Origin: Azolla caroliniana
Taxonomy: Eukaryota; Plantae; Polypodiophyta
Direction: 5' to 3'
Assembly (NCBI GenBank): GCA_043228905.1
Contig: JBHGNT010000002.1
Coordinates: forward strand, 13,144,001 to 13,208,000
Length of the DNA stretch: 64,000 nucleotides
Position 1 is the first letter of the stretch. Each line of letters starts with the position of its first letter. A program made the translations under genes and the position numbers. The notes beneath the pieces are model-generated. The model searched no databases and was not told the DNA's origin. It saw nothing but the letters and a program-made list of their open reading frames with translations. Of this stretch, positions 1 to 12,090 are shown piece after piece.

Positions 1-877
1 GTTTATTATCTTCCATAGCCTTCTCACAATCAAACTGATGCATACATTTGAGATCAATACATAAAGGCCTATGATCGGGTTCTAGTGTCCATTCACCAAG
101 TGAGAATTTATGTATACGATCCAAAATACCTTCGGAAAGTAACACATAGTCAATCACACTATTTCCGTTGTGTTTTCTACATGTAAAACCATTAGTGTTG
201 GGCCATAAGGAAATACCATTTGCAATAAGCAATCCGGTACTATTGCACATTTGTAGGAGTAACTTCCCAAATGGGTCTGGATCGTTTTCATCGCTAGAAG
301 AGCAGCTATACATTTGCATATTCTCTTGCATCCTTGAGATATATGGCATGAAAGATTCTTGTGAATCAAGTTGGAAATTTCTTTTACGAGCATTCATGTC
401 ACCAAAGACAATAACTTCCCCTTTGGATTTGAAATAAGCAATATCATCTTCTAGATTGGCAAAAGGTTGACCTTTATCCAAACAAGCATAAAAGTTAGAA
501 TCTTGATGAGGAATGTAACATCCAACTACAAAAGTGAGCAAATCATTAGGTGTTTCTATTTTGAGCCATATGTAGCATTTATGTTCATCATTTTTTATGA
601 TTGACACATATTTCTCTATTTCCTTCTTAATCAAACATGCCACCCCTCCTTGTCCTCTTCTTTTTCTTGGATTTTTCTTCCATATCAAAGAGTGTACATT
701 ATAGTTTCCTAAACCTTGAATCCTTTGAGTATCATGCTCCCATGTTTCAACAAGAAGTGTGATATCCGAGTCATCGGTGAACTCCTCTATGCCAAATCCC
801 GCATTCCATGGGTATCCATTGCAATTCCAAAAGCATAGTCGTAAAAGGCGTGGGTTAGTCTCATAGATCACGTGTCC
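1..877 (-). mobile_element. LINE ORF2, N-terminal APE-type endonuclease domain (runs off window start)
   Basis: Manual minus-strand translation from 877: LRLCFWNCNG...LLVETW...GQGGVACLIK...VGCYIP...VIVFGDMNAR...FTC...SVIDYVLL...PDHRPL, the EEP/APE motifs of non-LTR retrotransposons. Absent from the ORF track because it crosses the window edge. Confidence 0.85.
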
Positions 878-1634
878 CTATTTGCCGATATTTTCATCTT
901 TAGGCACATCCTTAACCTTGTTTTTCAATCTTTCTTCATATGCTTTACAACGAGCATTTTGTTGTGAGATAGTACGATCTTCACTCACAAAGCATTGTGT
1001 ACCTTTGAGGTATACCCAACTATTTTCGAGTATGATCCACCGCTTTGTATCATCTGTCATTGTGCATACAAAGGACTTTCTCCGGAGCGAGTAACACCAT
1101 GTTTCCCAACTCGGTGTGCCCCATATACATTCACATCTGACATCCCATAATGTATGCTAAAAAATTCACCAATGGCCTTTCCAAGGGATGCGGGTGTTTC
1201 AATACTCTCTTCTTTAATCCCACGGACGACAATGTTCTTTGATCGTCGTTCACGTTCTTTCAATTCTCGGACATCTATGTTTTCTATATTCTTCTCGCCT
1301 CCTCGTGTCCAATTTTTCTTCTTTTTAATGCTTCCTTTAACTCAATCCTGTTAAGGCGCTCATTTGTTTCAAAAGAAGCTCTTTTATATTCTTAAATCTC
1401 TTCTTCAAGTTTTTGCTTAAGACTTTCATTCTCAATGACAACAATTTGGAGCTTTGCATTCTCTTTCATTAACGTCCTAATCTCTTCACCTTGCTTGTTT
1501 ATGGTTTCATGAAGAGAAATCAAGTGACTCATAAGAATTTTTTCCATTTCATTGGAATTGAGATTTGTTGGTGACCTCGGCTCATTATCAATCATACCCC
1601 CGAACTTTGCAGTGACTTTACGAGTGTTTGCCAT
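878..1634 (-). pseudogene. LINE ORF1 (coiled coil + RRM-like), frameshifted
   Basis: ORFs 1392-1634 (coiled coil), 1057-1263 (ERERRSKNIVVRGIKE...GAHRVGK) and 878-1060 (YLKGTQCFVSEDRT) are collinear pieces of a LINE ORF1, directly upstream of the endonuclease. Confidence 0.75.
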
Positions 1635-1840
1635 TGTAGGGGCAAACCCTACGGGAAAAAGAGAGATGAAGCGGGCGGGAGAGAGAATGTACCTTTCACT
1701 CTATTTAGGATTTCAAAATTTACCTTGCTTTTGATGAATGGTGGGGCAAAGATGGTTCCGGATGAAAATGCTCATAAGTTTTCGTCACGGTAACAGAATT
1801 CAGTAAATGAACATTCTTTAGAAAGCTCTCTTAAAGAAAG

Positions 1841-1900
1841 AACGATGATAACAAGGGGGGGGGGGGGGGAGGGGGGCGAACGATGATAACAAGGGGGAGG

Positions 1901-1942
<42 letters not shown>

Positions 1943-1970
1943 TGATAACAATATATATATATATATTATA
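1841..1970. repeat. Compound simple repeat: AACGATGATAACAA x3 followed by (G)n, (GA)n and (TA)n tracts
   Basis: Directly visible in the sequence. Confidence 0.85.
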
Positions 1971-2051
1971 TGAAGAGAATATACAAGAATAGCTAGGAGG
2001 CTTAAGATTGGCGTTGAACCGATTTGGTTCTCAATAATGCCATGTGACTCT

Positions 2052-2684
2052 TGTTAAATATAATCAATGATCAGCCCCAAGTTGTAAATCTATCCCCATA
2101 TGTGCTCTTAGAGTGCACATTTTGTGATAGCGCCCCAAATGAGGAGCGGCTAGTGTGCAACTCGACCATATGGGTCGATAAGGTGTTAATCTAGGAAACC
2201 GTAGATGCGTAGGACACAATATATTTAGGAAAGAGAGAAATAGATAAAAGGATTGGCTAATCAAGTCAGCTAGAATATTTTGTGGGCAAGTTACGATGTA
2301 CTTAGTCTTGAAGTATGCGTCATTGACTTCAAGATAAGTATTATCTAGCACTAGCCTGTACCTAGGGAGTTGGGTCATATTAAATGACAAGTCAGTTGAC
2401 AGAAAAGGAATATCTCCACTACTGTCAACTGACTTGCACATTTATACTAAGACCAAACATAGATTATAAGTCACTTTTCTCACACAGTGGTCAGATTGAT
2501 CATTAGTCCCCACTAATTTTGTAGTGAGCCGGTCCATATCCTATCTAAGCTCTAAGGTGTGAGCGCATGGGAAAACTACCATTTTGAACTACTCTCATAT
2601 GTAATAGAAATTCTGTTTTCATATATCCATCTCTGCAGTTGTAACTCTATATACCTATCTACTCGATTCTCAATATTTCTAATA
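2052..2684 (+). repeat. copia-A 5' LTR (TG...TA)
   Basis: Direct repeat of 6877-7509, offset 4825. Confidence 0.95.
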
Positions 2685-2696
2685 TGGTATCAGAGC
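2685..2696 (+). promoter_or_regulatory. Primer binding site, tRNA-iMet
   Basis: TGGTATCAGAGC immediately after the 5' LTR. Confidence 0.93.
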
Positions 2697-2787
2697 GAAG
2701 AGGTTGATCTAGATTAGGTATATACGGGTAGTTGCTGTCTAGCAACAGAGAGAAATAGAGAGAGAGACAGAGAGAGACAGAGTATCA

Positions 2788-5700
2788 ATGGCCTTGTCCA
2801 CGAATGTTGCAACTGCTCCATTGCGCATTCGCCCACCTCCATTGTCTGATGGAAAGCTAGATGGAACCAACTACACTCTATGGAAGTTCAAAATGTCTGC
2901 CATTTTGGATTCCTACGAGTTGTTGGAAACAATCACGGGACCCACAGGGGGAGACCCTGAGCCCATGGCAACCTTTGACCCTGCACACCCTACCACATCA
3001 ATTCATCCAAATGCTGATCTACTTCGAGCCTGGAAGAGAAGGAATGCTGATGCGCTATGTACCATAGTCACTGGTGTATGTGACTCCGTACTAACACTAG
3101 TGCAACATACAACTAGGGCACATGAAGCTTGGAGCATATTGGCCAGCCAGTATGAGACCAGAAACTATACAAGGATACAAAACCTCGAAAATCAGCTTGC
3201 TGCAGAGAAGCTCGCTGATGGAGAGAAAGTAGAATCCTTTGTAAAAAGGATTAAGGATCTTCAAGATCAGCTGGCGGCTGTTGGAGTAGTCGTCTCTCAA
3301 GAGGATATGGCTCGTCGGTGCATTCGAGTACTTCCTTTCAAGTATGATGGCATTGTGACAACATTGAACACTCAGGTTCGACCCACTCCTTTAAAATTTG
3401 ATGAACTAAGTGCAATGCTACTTGAAGAGGAGCTTCGGCTGAAGACAAGAGAAGAAAGGGAAGATTCAGCATTTGTCTCTAGGACTAAGGGTGAAGGGGC
3501 ATCCAATTCAAACAATGCGAATAGGATACCGAAGAAGAAGAAGTTCAATGGATCGTGTTTCTACTGTGACAAGAAGGGTCACACAATCAAGGATTGTCGA
3601 AAGAAGATGGCGGATGAGAAGAATGGTTCTAATAAGACTTCTTGGAGAGAGCCCGAGTCCGCTAACAATGTCGTAGATGAACTTGAGTTATGGGTCGCAA
3701 CTGAAGAAGTGTGTTCTTCAGTTGACACTCAAGTTGTTGATGAGTCTTGGATTCTCGATAGTGGAGCATCCCGACATATGACCAGTAATCGTGACTGGTA
3801 CAGTTCTTGGACACCTCTACAAGAGCCCATCAATGTTGTGGTCGGGAACAATGCTCGATGTCCGGCCAAAGGAACCGGAACCGTCTCCCTCAAAGCAACG
3901 ACCGGTGGGACAAAGCATCTCTCTCAAGTGTTGTACGTGCCAGATCTGAAGAAGAATCTACTGTCCATTTCTGCACTGACTGACAAGGGTCTTGATGTTC
4001 GATTCAAGAAGTCGGGTGCAGAAATAACAGATTCTGCTGGCAAGGTTGTAGGAATAGGGGTGAGGCGCAACAATCTCTATGAGCTGAGCGCGTTTACCAT
4101 TTCTACTGACCACAGCACAAGTACCAACACAAAGCAATGGCATGAGAGATTTGGGCATCTCAACGTTGCTGTGTTGAAGGAGATGAAGAAGTCGAATATG
4201 GTAGTTGGGTTGCCAACCCTATCTGACTTAAGTCATGTTTGTGATGCTTGTATGATGGGCAAGCATCAAAGATCAGCCATTCCAAAAGAGAGTCAAAATC
4301 GGGCAAAGACTCCTCTACAGCTAATACACATTGACCTCTCTGGAAAAATGGTGACTCCTGCAATGGGTGGATCTCTCTACTATATACTAATAGTCGACGA
4401 CTTCAGCAGAAAGATGTGGGTTTACTTCCTTCGGGAGAAGGCTGAAGCTTTTAAAATCTTCAAAAGATGGCATAAGTTTGTCGAGCGAGAGTCTGGAAAG
4501 TTAGTGAAGGAGCTACGCTCTGATCGAGGTGGAGAATTCTTATCAATAGAATTCTGTGAGTATTGCAAAGAGCATGGAATTAAGCGCCAACTTACAACTG
4601 CCTACACCCCACAACAAAATGGCGTTGTCGAACGTCGAAATCGAACAGTTGTCAAGATGGCTAGGTGTATGTTGAAGGCACAAGCGCTGCCCGACCCATT
4701 CTGGGCTGAAGCAGTGAACACAGCAGTTTACATCCTCAATCGGAGCTACACGAAGGCACTTCAAGGGAAAACACCCCAAGAAGCTTATTCAGGCAAGAAA
4801 CCTTCAGTGCTGCACTTCAGAACCTTTGGGTGTATGTGCTACGCACATATTCCAGATGTGAGCAGAAAGAAGTTGGATGCTAAAAGCAAAAAGTGTATCT
4901 TTCTCGGATATAGTGAAGAGTCAAAGGCCTATCGACTCTACGATCCAGAGGCAAGAAAGATATTGACAAGCCGCGATGTGGTGTTCGATGAGGAACAACC
5001 ACAGCTAGCTGAGAACAACGATTCTCAAGTTATCTCATCAACTGAAGAAGTATTTTACCCAATCCTGACCCATTATCCAAAAAAGGAAGCTGAACCATCT
5101 GATGGTAATGGTTCACTAGTTCAGCCTATGCCAGTCCCACATGTAAAGAAAATACCTAAGTGGGCTCAACAACTCTTCAATGATCATACTCCTAAAGTTG
5201 AGTTTCCTGAAACTTCAACTGATGGATTACGAAGATCAAGAAGAATACAGGAGCAAGGAAGAACCTCTGACCACATTGTCAACATGGCTCTGATGGTGGA
5301 CATCATAGGCTCAGTGAGTGAGCCGACCTCGGTGGAGGAAGCTATGGCCGACCCGAAGTGGAAAGAGGCGATGATATCAGAATATGATAGCATCATGAAA
5401 AATGACACATGGGAGTTGGTAGAGAGGCCAACAAAGAAGAAGGTGATAGGCACGAAGTGGGTATGGAAAGTAAAGTATAAAGCTGATGGCTCTTTGGAGA
5501 AATTCAAGGCCAGGCTAGTAGCGCAAGGATACTCCCAAATTGAAGGGTTCGATGTACAAGAAACATTTGCCCCGACAGCTCGCATGACAACAATTCGAAT
5601 GGTCATAGCGTTGGCTGCTTCAAGAGGATGGCCGATTTATCAAATGGATGTCAAATCAGCATTTCTGAATGGGCATCTCAAGGAGGAGGTATATGTGACA

Positions 5701-6882
5701 CAACCACCGGGGTTTGAGATACCGAATTCAGAAAACAAAGTTTGCAAGCTGAAGAAGGCACTATATGGTCTAAAGCAAGCACCAAGAGCTTGGAACAAGA
5801 GGATAGACAGCTTCTTACGATCAATCGACTTTAAGCAATGTGCTTCGGATGCAAGTATGTATGTCAAAATGAAGGACGGGAAACAAGTCATCATTATCAT
5901 TTACGTGGATGATCTAGTACTTACTGGTGACCATGAAGAGTGCATTGGCCAAACACAAGAGTGTTTGAAAACTGAGTTTGAAATGACAGACTTGGGGATT
6001 CTACACTACTTCCTTGGAATTGAGGTTTGGCAAACCTCGGTCGGCATCTTCATGTCACAAAGAAAGTATGCAACAGAGATCTTGAAGACCTTCGGGATGA
6101 TGGACAGCAAGTCGAAGTCGACTCCAATGGAGTCAAACTGCAAGCTATCCCAAGAAGACTCATCACCAATGGTTGACATAAGGAAGTATAGACAACTAGT
6201 AGGAAGTCTAATTTTCCTATGCAACACTAGGCCGGATATTTGTTTTGCAGTCAATGTGGTGAGTCGATTCAGCAACAAGCCGAAGGAGACTCATTGGAAA
6301 GCTGCTCTACGTGTATTAAAGTACATTGTGGGTACTTTAAATTATGGAATCTTCTACAAGCCAACAATTGACCAACTTAGTGGATATTGCGACTCCAATT
6401 GGGCTGGAGATAGTGATTCCAGAAAATCAGTTTCTGGATATTGTTTTTCAATAGGATCTGGAGCTGTTTCATGGAGTAGTAAAAAACAACCAACAGTGGC
6501 ACTATCTTCAACGGAGGCAGAATACAAAGCAGCATGCATAGCGGCATGCGAGGTAGTTTGGCTAAGAAGAATCCTTATGGATGTGGCAGTCCCAATAAGG
6601 ACAGCAACGGTATTGAGGTGTCACAATCAGAGTTGCATGGCCATTGCCAAGAACCCCGTATTTCATGCACGTACTAAACACATAGAGATTCAGTATCACT
6701 ATGTGCGGGAGCTAATAAATGATGAGATTGTGGAGCTTGAGTACTGTCCAACATCAGAAAATGCTGCAGATATCTTCACAAAGGCGCTTGGAGCAGAACA
6801 ATTGCAACAACACCTTCGACGACTAGGTGTTGGCCCAATTCCAAGTGAACTCAATGGGTTGATCATTGAGGGGGCGTGTTAG
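2788..6882 (+). CDS. Copia Gag-Pol polyprotein (gag, CCHC knuckle, PR, INT, RT, RNase H), 1364 aa
   Basis: [54 protein letters not shown] in copia order. Confidence 0.95.
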   Translation: MALSTNVATAPLRIRPPPLSDGKLDGTNYTLWKFKMSAILDSYELLETITGPTGGDPEPMATFDPAHPTTSIHPNADLLRAWKRRNADALCTIVTGVCDSVLTLVQHTTRAHEAWSILASQYETRNYTRIQNLENQLAAEKLADGEKVESFVKRIKDLQDQLAAVGVVVSQEDMARRCIRVLPFKYDGIVTTLNTQVRPTPLKFDELSAMLLEEELRLKTREEREDSAFVSRTKGEGASNSNNANRIPKKKKFNGSCFYCDKKGHTIKDCRKKMADEKNGSNKTSWREPESANNVVDELELWVATEEVCSSVDTQVVDESWILDSGASRHMTSNRDWYSSWTPLQEPINVVVGNNARCPAKGTGTVSLKATTGGTKHLSQVLYVPDLKKNLLSISALTDKGLDVRFKKSGAEITDSAGKVVGIGVRRNNLYELSAFTISTDHSTSTNTKQWHERFGHLNVAVLKEMKKSNMVVGLPTLSDLSHVCDACMMGKHQRSAIPKESQNRAKTPLQLIHIDLSGKMVTPAMGGSLYYILIVDDFSRKMWVYFLREKAEAFKIFKRWHKFVERESGKLVKELRSDRGGEFLSIEFCEYCKEHGIKRQLTTAYTPQQNGVVERRNRTVVKMARCMLKAQALPDPFWAEAVNTAVYILNRSYTKALQGKTPQEAYSGKKPSVLHFRTFGCMCYAHIPDVSRKKLDAKSKKCIFLGYSEESKAYRLYDPEARKILTSRDVVFDEEQPQLAENNDSQVISSTEEVFYPILTHYPKKEAEPSDGNGSLVQPMPVPHVKKIPKWAQQLFNDHTPKVEFPETSTDGLRRSRRIQEQGRTSDHIVNMALMVDIIGSVSEPTSVEEAMADPKWKEAMISEYDSIMKNDTWELVERPTKKKVIGTKWVWKVKYKADGSLEKFKARLVAQGYSQIEGFDVQETFAPTARMTTIRMVIALAASRGWPIYQMDVKSAFLNGHLKEEVYVTQPPGFEIPNSENKVCKLKKALYGLKQAPRAWNKRIDSFLRSIDFKQCASDASMYVKMKDGKQVIIIIYVDDLVLTGDHEECIGQTQECLKTEFEMTDLGILHYFLGIEVWQTSVGIFMSQRKYATEILKTFGMMDSKSKSTPMESNCKLSQEDSSPMVDIRKYRQLVGSLIFLCNTRPDICFAVNVVSRFSNKPKETHWKAALRVLKYIVGTLNYGIFYKPTIDQLSGYCDSNWAGDSDSRKSVSGYCFSIGSGAVSWSSKKQPTVALSSTEAEYKAACIAACEVVWLRRILMDVAVPIRTATVLRCHNQSCMAIAKNPVFHARTKHIEIQYHYVRELINDEIVELEYCPTSENAADIFTKALGAEQLQQHLRRLGVGPIPSELNGLIIEGAC

Positions 6883-7509
6883 ATATAATCAATGATCAGC
6901 CCAAAGTTGTAAATCTATCCCCATATGTGCTCTTAGAGTGCACATTTTGTGATAGCGCCCCAAATGAGGAGCGGCTAGTGTGCAACTCGACCATATGGGT
7001 CGATAAGGTGTTAATCTAGGAAACCGTAGATGCGTAGGACACAATATATTTAGGAAAGAGAGAAATAGATAAAAGGATTGGCTAATCAAGTCAGCTAGAA
7101 TATTTTGTGGGCAAGTTACGATGTACTTAGTCTTGAAGTATGCGTCATTGACTTCAAGATAAGTATTATCTAGCACTAGCCTGTACCTAGGGAGTTGGGT
7201 CATATTAAATGACAAGTCAGTTGACAGAAAAGGAATATCTCCACTACTGTCAACTGACTTGCACATTTATACTAAGACCAAACATAGATTATAAGTCACT
7301 TTTCTCACACAGTGGTCAGATTGATCATTAGTCCCCACTAATTTTGTAGTGAGTCGGTCCATATCCTATCTAAGCTCTAAGGTGTGAGCGCATGGGAAAA
7401 CTACCATTTTGAACTACTCTCATATGTAATAGAAATTCTGTTTTCATATATCCATCTCTGCAGTTGTAACTCTATATACCTATCTACTCGATTCTCAATA
7501 TTTCTAATA
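6877..7509 (+). repeat. copia-A 3' LTR
   Basis: Follows the PPT; matches the 5' LTR. Confidence 0.95.
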
Positions 7510-7667
7510 ACTCTTTTTATAGTGGCTTAGGAATACTCTTGAAATTTCTAGAATGTTCTAGAGAAATCTAGAATATACATGAATTTCCTAAGTGAAATAA
7601 TAAATGGAAATAATATTCCCATGTGACACAAGGTTATGGGTTCAAATCCTTTGTAAGCCATACCATG

Positions 7668-10600
7668 CTATATCATGATATTGGTCGAGCAAATAGTGCC
7701 GAAATTTATTGATGTTGTAGGCCATGCCGAGTGCCTCCCGTTCTGTTGTGGAGTAGTTCTTTTCGGCTGTCGAGAGCCAACGGCTACCATAGCAAACTGG
7801 GTGATACTAGTTCGGAGGCGTTTTTTGCATGAGGGCACTCCCAATGGCCACATCCGATGCGTCGACGAAAATGTGGAAGGGTCGCGACCAATCCGGCGGT
7901 TGCACCACTGGTGCGTGTGAGAGCATTACCTTAAGGGAGCAATATGCGTCGTCTTCTGTTGCCGTCCAACGAAATGGAACCCGATGTACAGATGCATGTA
8001 AGGGTGTCACGAACTTGGCCAGGTAACGCAACATTCTACTATGGCACCTAATTTGACTCAAAAACTAGTTGAGGGCTTTTGTTGTGATCAAGGCCGGGGC
8101 ATTTAGGATGGCATGCACTTTGTCGAGATCCATTGCTATTCCGTCGCGGCTGACAGTATGGCCGAGTAAGGCTTCGTTGGACACGTAAAAAGCACACTTT
8201 TCTGGGTTTAGGCTTAGCCGAGCTTGCTAGCATCGCTCTAGACAAAGGCGTAAGTGTCCGAGGTGCTCGTTCTTCCGGCCATACACGACAAAGTCATTGA
8301 GAAAGACTTGCATAAAGGCCGGAATGTAATTTTCAAAAATTTCGGTGATAATTCATTGGAAAGTGGCCGGTGGAATCTTTAATCTGAACATCATCACGAC
8401 TGCCATGAACACGCCCCATTCAATGAAAAATGTTGTTTTCTCTTGGTCGTTGGGATGCGTTCGGATTTGATTATAGCCGTTGAACCCGTCAAGGACGCAA
8501 ACTCGGATTTGCCTGTTCTTTTTCGGAACTATGACGATAGGGTTTAACCATGTTGCCCATTTTACAAGTCGAATGAACCCTACTTGGAGGAGTTTGTCGA
8601 TTTCCTCCTTTATTTTAGCCGCGTAATTGGGATTCATTCGGTAGCGACGGTGCTGCACAGATCCTGCATCGCGTTGGAGGTGACGTTGTAGGTGAATCTT
8701 GTGCTGGTAATATTGGGGATCTAGCCCCTTCATGTCGTTGTACGACCAGGAAAACACATCTTGGTAATCAATGAGCAACCCAACCAGGCCTGATCATTCC
8801 TTAGAAGCTAGTTCTTTCACAATTTTAAGGGTGCATGGCTCTGTGGGGGATCCAAAATTAATTTCCTGTAGTGTGGACGTCGTGAGTCTTTAAGAGATAC
8901 CCAATTTCCAATCAAGCGCGTCACGGGCATGTCATAATTCTTCAATGGGTTGCGCGCGTCAAGTTCGTGCAGATCCTTGTTGTCCTCAGGGGCCGGCTCG
9001 GATACATACGGTTTGATGCCCGTGAGAACATCAATTTGAAACAAAGGAACGATCGTGGGTTGTTCCTTGAGGAAGTGGTCCATTTCTTCCTCCACGTGGC
9101 CATCGAGCATGTGGACTCCTTCGGCATATAACGGGCTAGTATCAGGAGGTGTTGCGATCCATTCCTTTGTGACGACACGGATCTTGGTTTTTCCGTAGTG
9201 GAAGAAGATCATATTCCACTACCAGTGCTGCTTAATGTTGGCCGTGCGCAACCATGGACAACCAAGCACCATTGGGTATGCCCTGGGAGCATCGAGGCAT
9301 AACATCAGCGCTAAGATGGTGAAAGTGTGGCCTACGAGGATGAAGTCCAGGTGGCGGATTAACCCCATTGGTCAAACGGAATGGGTGTCCGCCATTCGAA
9401 GCCAAAATGGACATGGCTCCCATTGGGTGATGTCGAGTTTGTGGCATGTAGCTTCATTGATGACATTAACACCCGAACCCCCATCGAGAATACAGCCGTG
9501 AACATTGCGGCCTTTGATTACTAGCTTAATTGCGGGGTTCTAAGAGTCCAATAATGGTGGACCGATGCCCGGCTCTGCTAGGTGCACAGGCAAGGTGGTT
9601 GGTGCTTTGCCGGTGGTCAGAGATGTCACCGTGTCCTTGAATCGGGGAAGCAATTGTAGTAGTTTATGTAAGGGGATGGAGATTTGGCAGCTTGTGAGAG
9701 CTTGCCACACAAGGTCGTCATCATGTGCCCCGGTAGGTTGAGAGGAATCCAAGGGACCGATATTGATATGGCCTATCTTGGTTTGCATTCTCTCAGTATT
9801 AGCCTAATTAGCCGTGTCGACCTATTTTTTGACAGCCTGCCGGACTTCGTTCTGAATTTCCCATTGTGTTTTATCGGCTTTGCTTCGGGTTGTGACCTGT
9901 TGAACGTCTGCCATAATGATGTTTACGGAAGGTGGTTTACCTCAATCATTTGTCAGGCACTAAGTTGCGTAATGCGCTGGTTGGTTGTAGTTAAAGCACG
10001 TTACTGGTGCCGAGTTGCTAGATTCCCCTTGCTCCAATTGGGATATTTGATTTTGTGAGGGATGATCTTCTCGGGCCCGTGAGGTATAGGTCTGGGCATG
10101 GGGAGCGTTTTCCCGAGACTCAGGCAAGGGGTGTCGTTGATTATCGGTGGGCGGAGGGTCTCGACAACTGTTGTCGCAGGGTCGTCGATTACTGCCTGAG
10201 GGTCGGGGAACATGATTATTATAGGGAGGCCGTCGGTCGTGCCATGGATACCTCGGTTTGTAGTAGTCCTCTCAATCGTAATCATAGCGGTAATAGTCGT
10301 CGTCCGAATGATAGCGTTCGTCGCGATATCGATAGCGATCGTCCTCGGGTCGTAGTCGATTATCTTGGCAATAGCACGGCTCCTGAAGTCGGTACTAGTT
10401 ATCACGGTGATAATGATCCAGGTTAGGTTGGTAGTTGTTGTCCTAGTGATGCCGAGTCTCATACCAAGGTCGTTTGGCGTCCCAATTGTGTGGTAGAGGA
10501 TGATCATCTTGTTGAGGGTGATCGGGGCGTAGCTCAATTTGTCGTACAGGAGCCGAGGCAATACGGTTGAGCTTGTTGTACTCGCATTGCTCAACCGTAT

Positions 10601-12090
10601 TGACTCAAGAATGGGATATAGTGCAATGAGGCCCAAGAGCGCAATCCACGGCCAAGTGGCCGGAATTGGAACAAGTTGTGCATTGCAGCGCTTGCCGAAA
10701 CTAGGTTTCTTCGTGTGTTGGTAAGGCGATTTGGAGGGAGCCCATCGAGAAGGAATTACTATGCTAAGTTCTGTCCAAGGCTAAGTCTCAAGTGACCACC
10801 TATTCTATGGTCTGTTGTGAAAAATCCGTTAGGGAAAGCATAGTCCAGAGAGGCTCTCGGAGTTTGGGAAGGAATGTGTCTTTCAAATGATTTGCCGACA
10901 TGTCTTGCGCGAGTTATCAATAGAGGTTTTGAAATCAGAGTGCGAACTGGGAAACTTTTTCATTCGGTTCCTGGGCAATGGTGTGGCACTGGTGGAGCAG
11001 TTCGCGCTTTGGGATCTCCTGGTGGAATAGTTCAAGGAAGCGGGTATGAACATCCTGAAATGTTGTAAACTCCCCAAGGTCGTGGCGGGAGTACCATCGA
11101 GAGAGAGGGTGAACTCGGCGATTTTGGAGGCGTCGACCTCCGCAGCGGTGAGACACTGCGTCAAATGGTTAGCTTGCCAAGTGGACAGAAAAGAGCGGAG
11201 GTGAGATTCCACTTCGGGGCCATCCATATAACAGGGATATGGGTAAGGCATGGTGTCCAACTCCGGATCTTTTGGCAACGTCGGAAATGGGTTGAACTTG
11301 GCTTGGGTAACTTCGGTAGGACTCAGAGGTGTGGTATGATCAGAGCCTATGTGCGACTGTGTGTGTGCAGCTGCTACTAGCGAGTGATGTGACTCCAGGG
11401 CTCCGGCGATGATTGTTGTGTGAGCACAGAGTCGGTAGTTTCCTTGGCTGGCTCGACGCAGTGGGAGGGTAACCGAGAACGCGTGGTGCGATTGGGCATT
11501 GTAATGGCAGCTGGGGTTTCCACCTACGTTGTTCGTTGTATTGAACGACGTGAACCGGGAATGCCAAATTGTGTTGTCTCTGCTCGGAGATAACACCTTC
11601 GATTACTTCTAAGGTAATAGGATCAAGGGATCATGGTACGTAGTAGTGGACAAGGAACCCAGGCTAATTGATTACGAAAAAAAAGTTGTCGGCCAGAACC
11701 GGCCTGGTAAATTGTACTTGAAATTAAGATAGCAAATCCAAATAACACAGATAGATGCTTGAATATATTAGACCCACAAGAACAGATATATTAATAAATT
11801 CATATGCAAAGGTTACACAGCTCAAGGCTGGAGTTCTACTCTCATACAATCAGACAGATAACAATATTCCTCTCTAGACTAGGGTATCATTCTCCCTCAT
11901 TCTTGCTGATTCTACTCCTCGTTTTATAGCTTCCCTTTCTACTTGGTGCGCTTCAGTCAATCCTTTCTTCTCGACTGCACATAATCTATTACCTTCCTCC
12001 TTCTCGGTTGTCTATTCTCACCTACTTTACCTACTAATATCCTTAGATTCATTTCACATTGTATCCCTTTTGTCCCACGGATAACCCTCA
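7668..12090 (-). mobile_element. Degraded non-chromovirus Ty3/gypsy (Tat-like) element: 5' LTR, PBS, gag, PR, RT, partial RNase H
   Basis: Fragments YQDVFSWSYNDMKGLDP, LDGFNGYNQI, IPPATFQ, FHIFVDASDVAIG and gag-like ORFs at 10883-11596; many stops and frameshifts. LTR about 11570-12090; degenerate Arg PBS TGGCATTCCCGGT at 11554-11566 (minus). Confidence 0.8.

Larger units (their letters stand above)
2052..7509 (+). mobile_element. Full-length Ty1/copia LTR retrotransposon (copia-A)
   Basis: 633-bp LTRs at 2052-2684 and 6877-7509 (about 3 mismatches seen); TSD ACTCT at 2047-2051 and 7510-7514; PBS TGGTATCAGAGC; PPT GAGGGGGCG; single gag-pol ORF. Confidence 0.97.

Noticed and set aside
2064-2441. 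125-aa ORF duplicated at 6889-7266
   Set aside because: Antisense inside the two copia-A LTRs; the duplication is explained by the LTRs and there is no protein motif.
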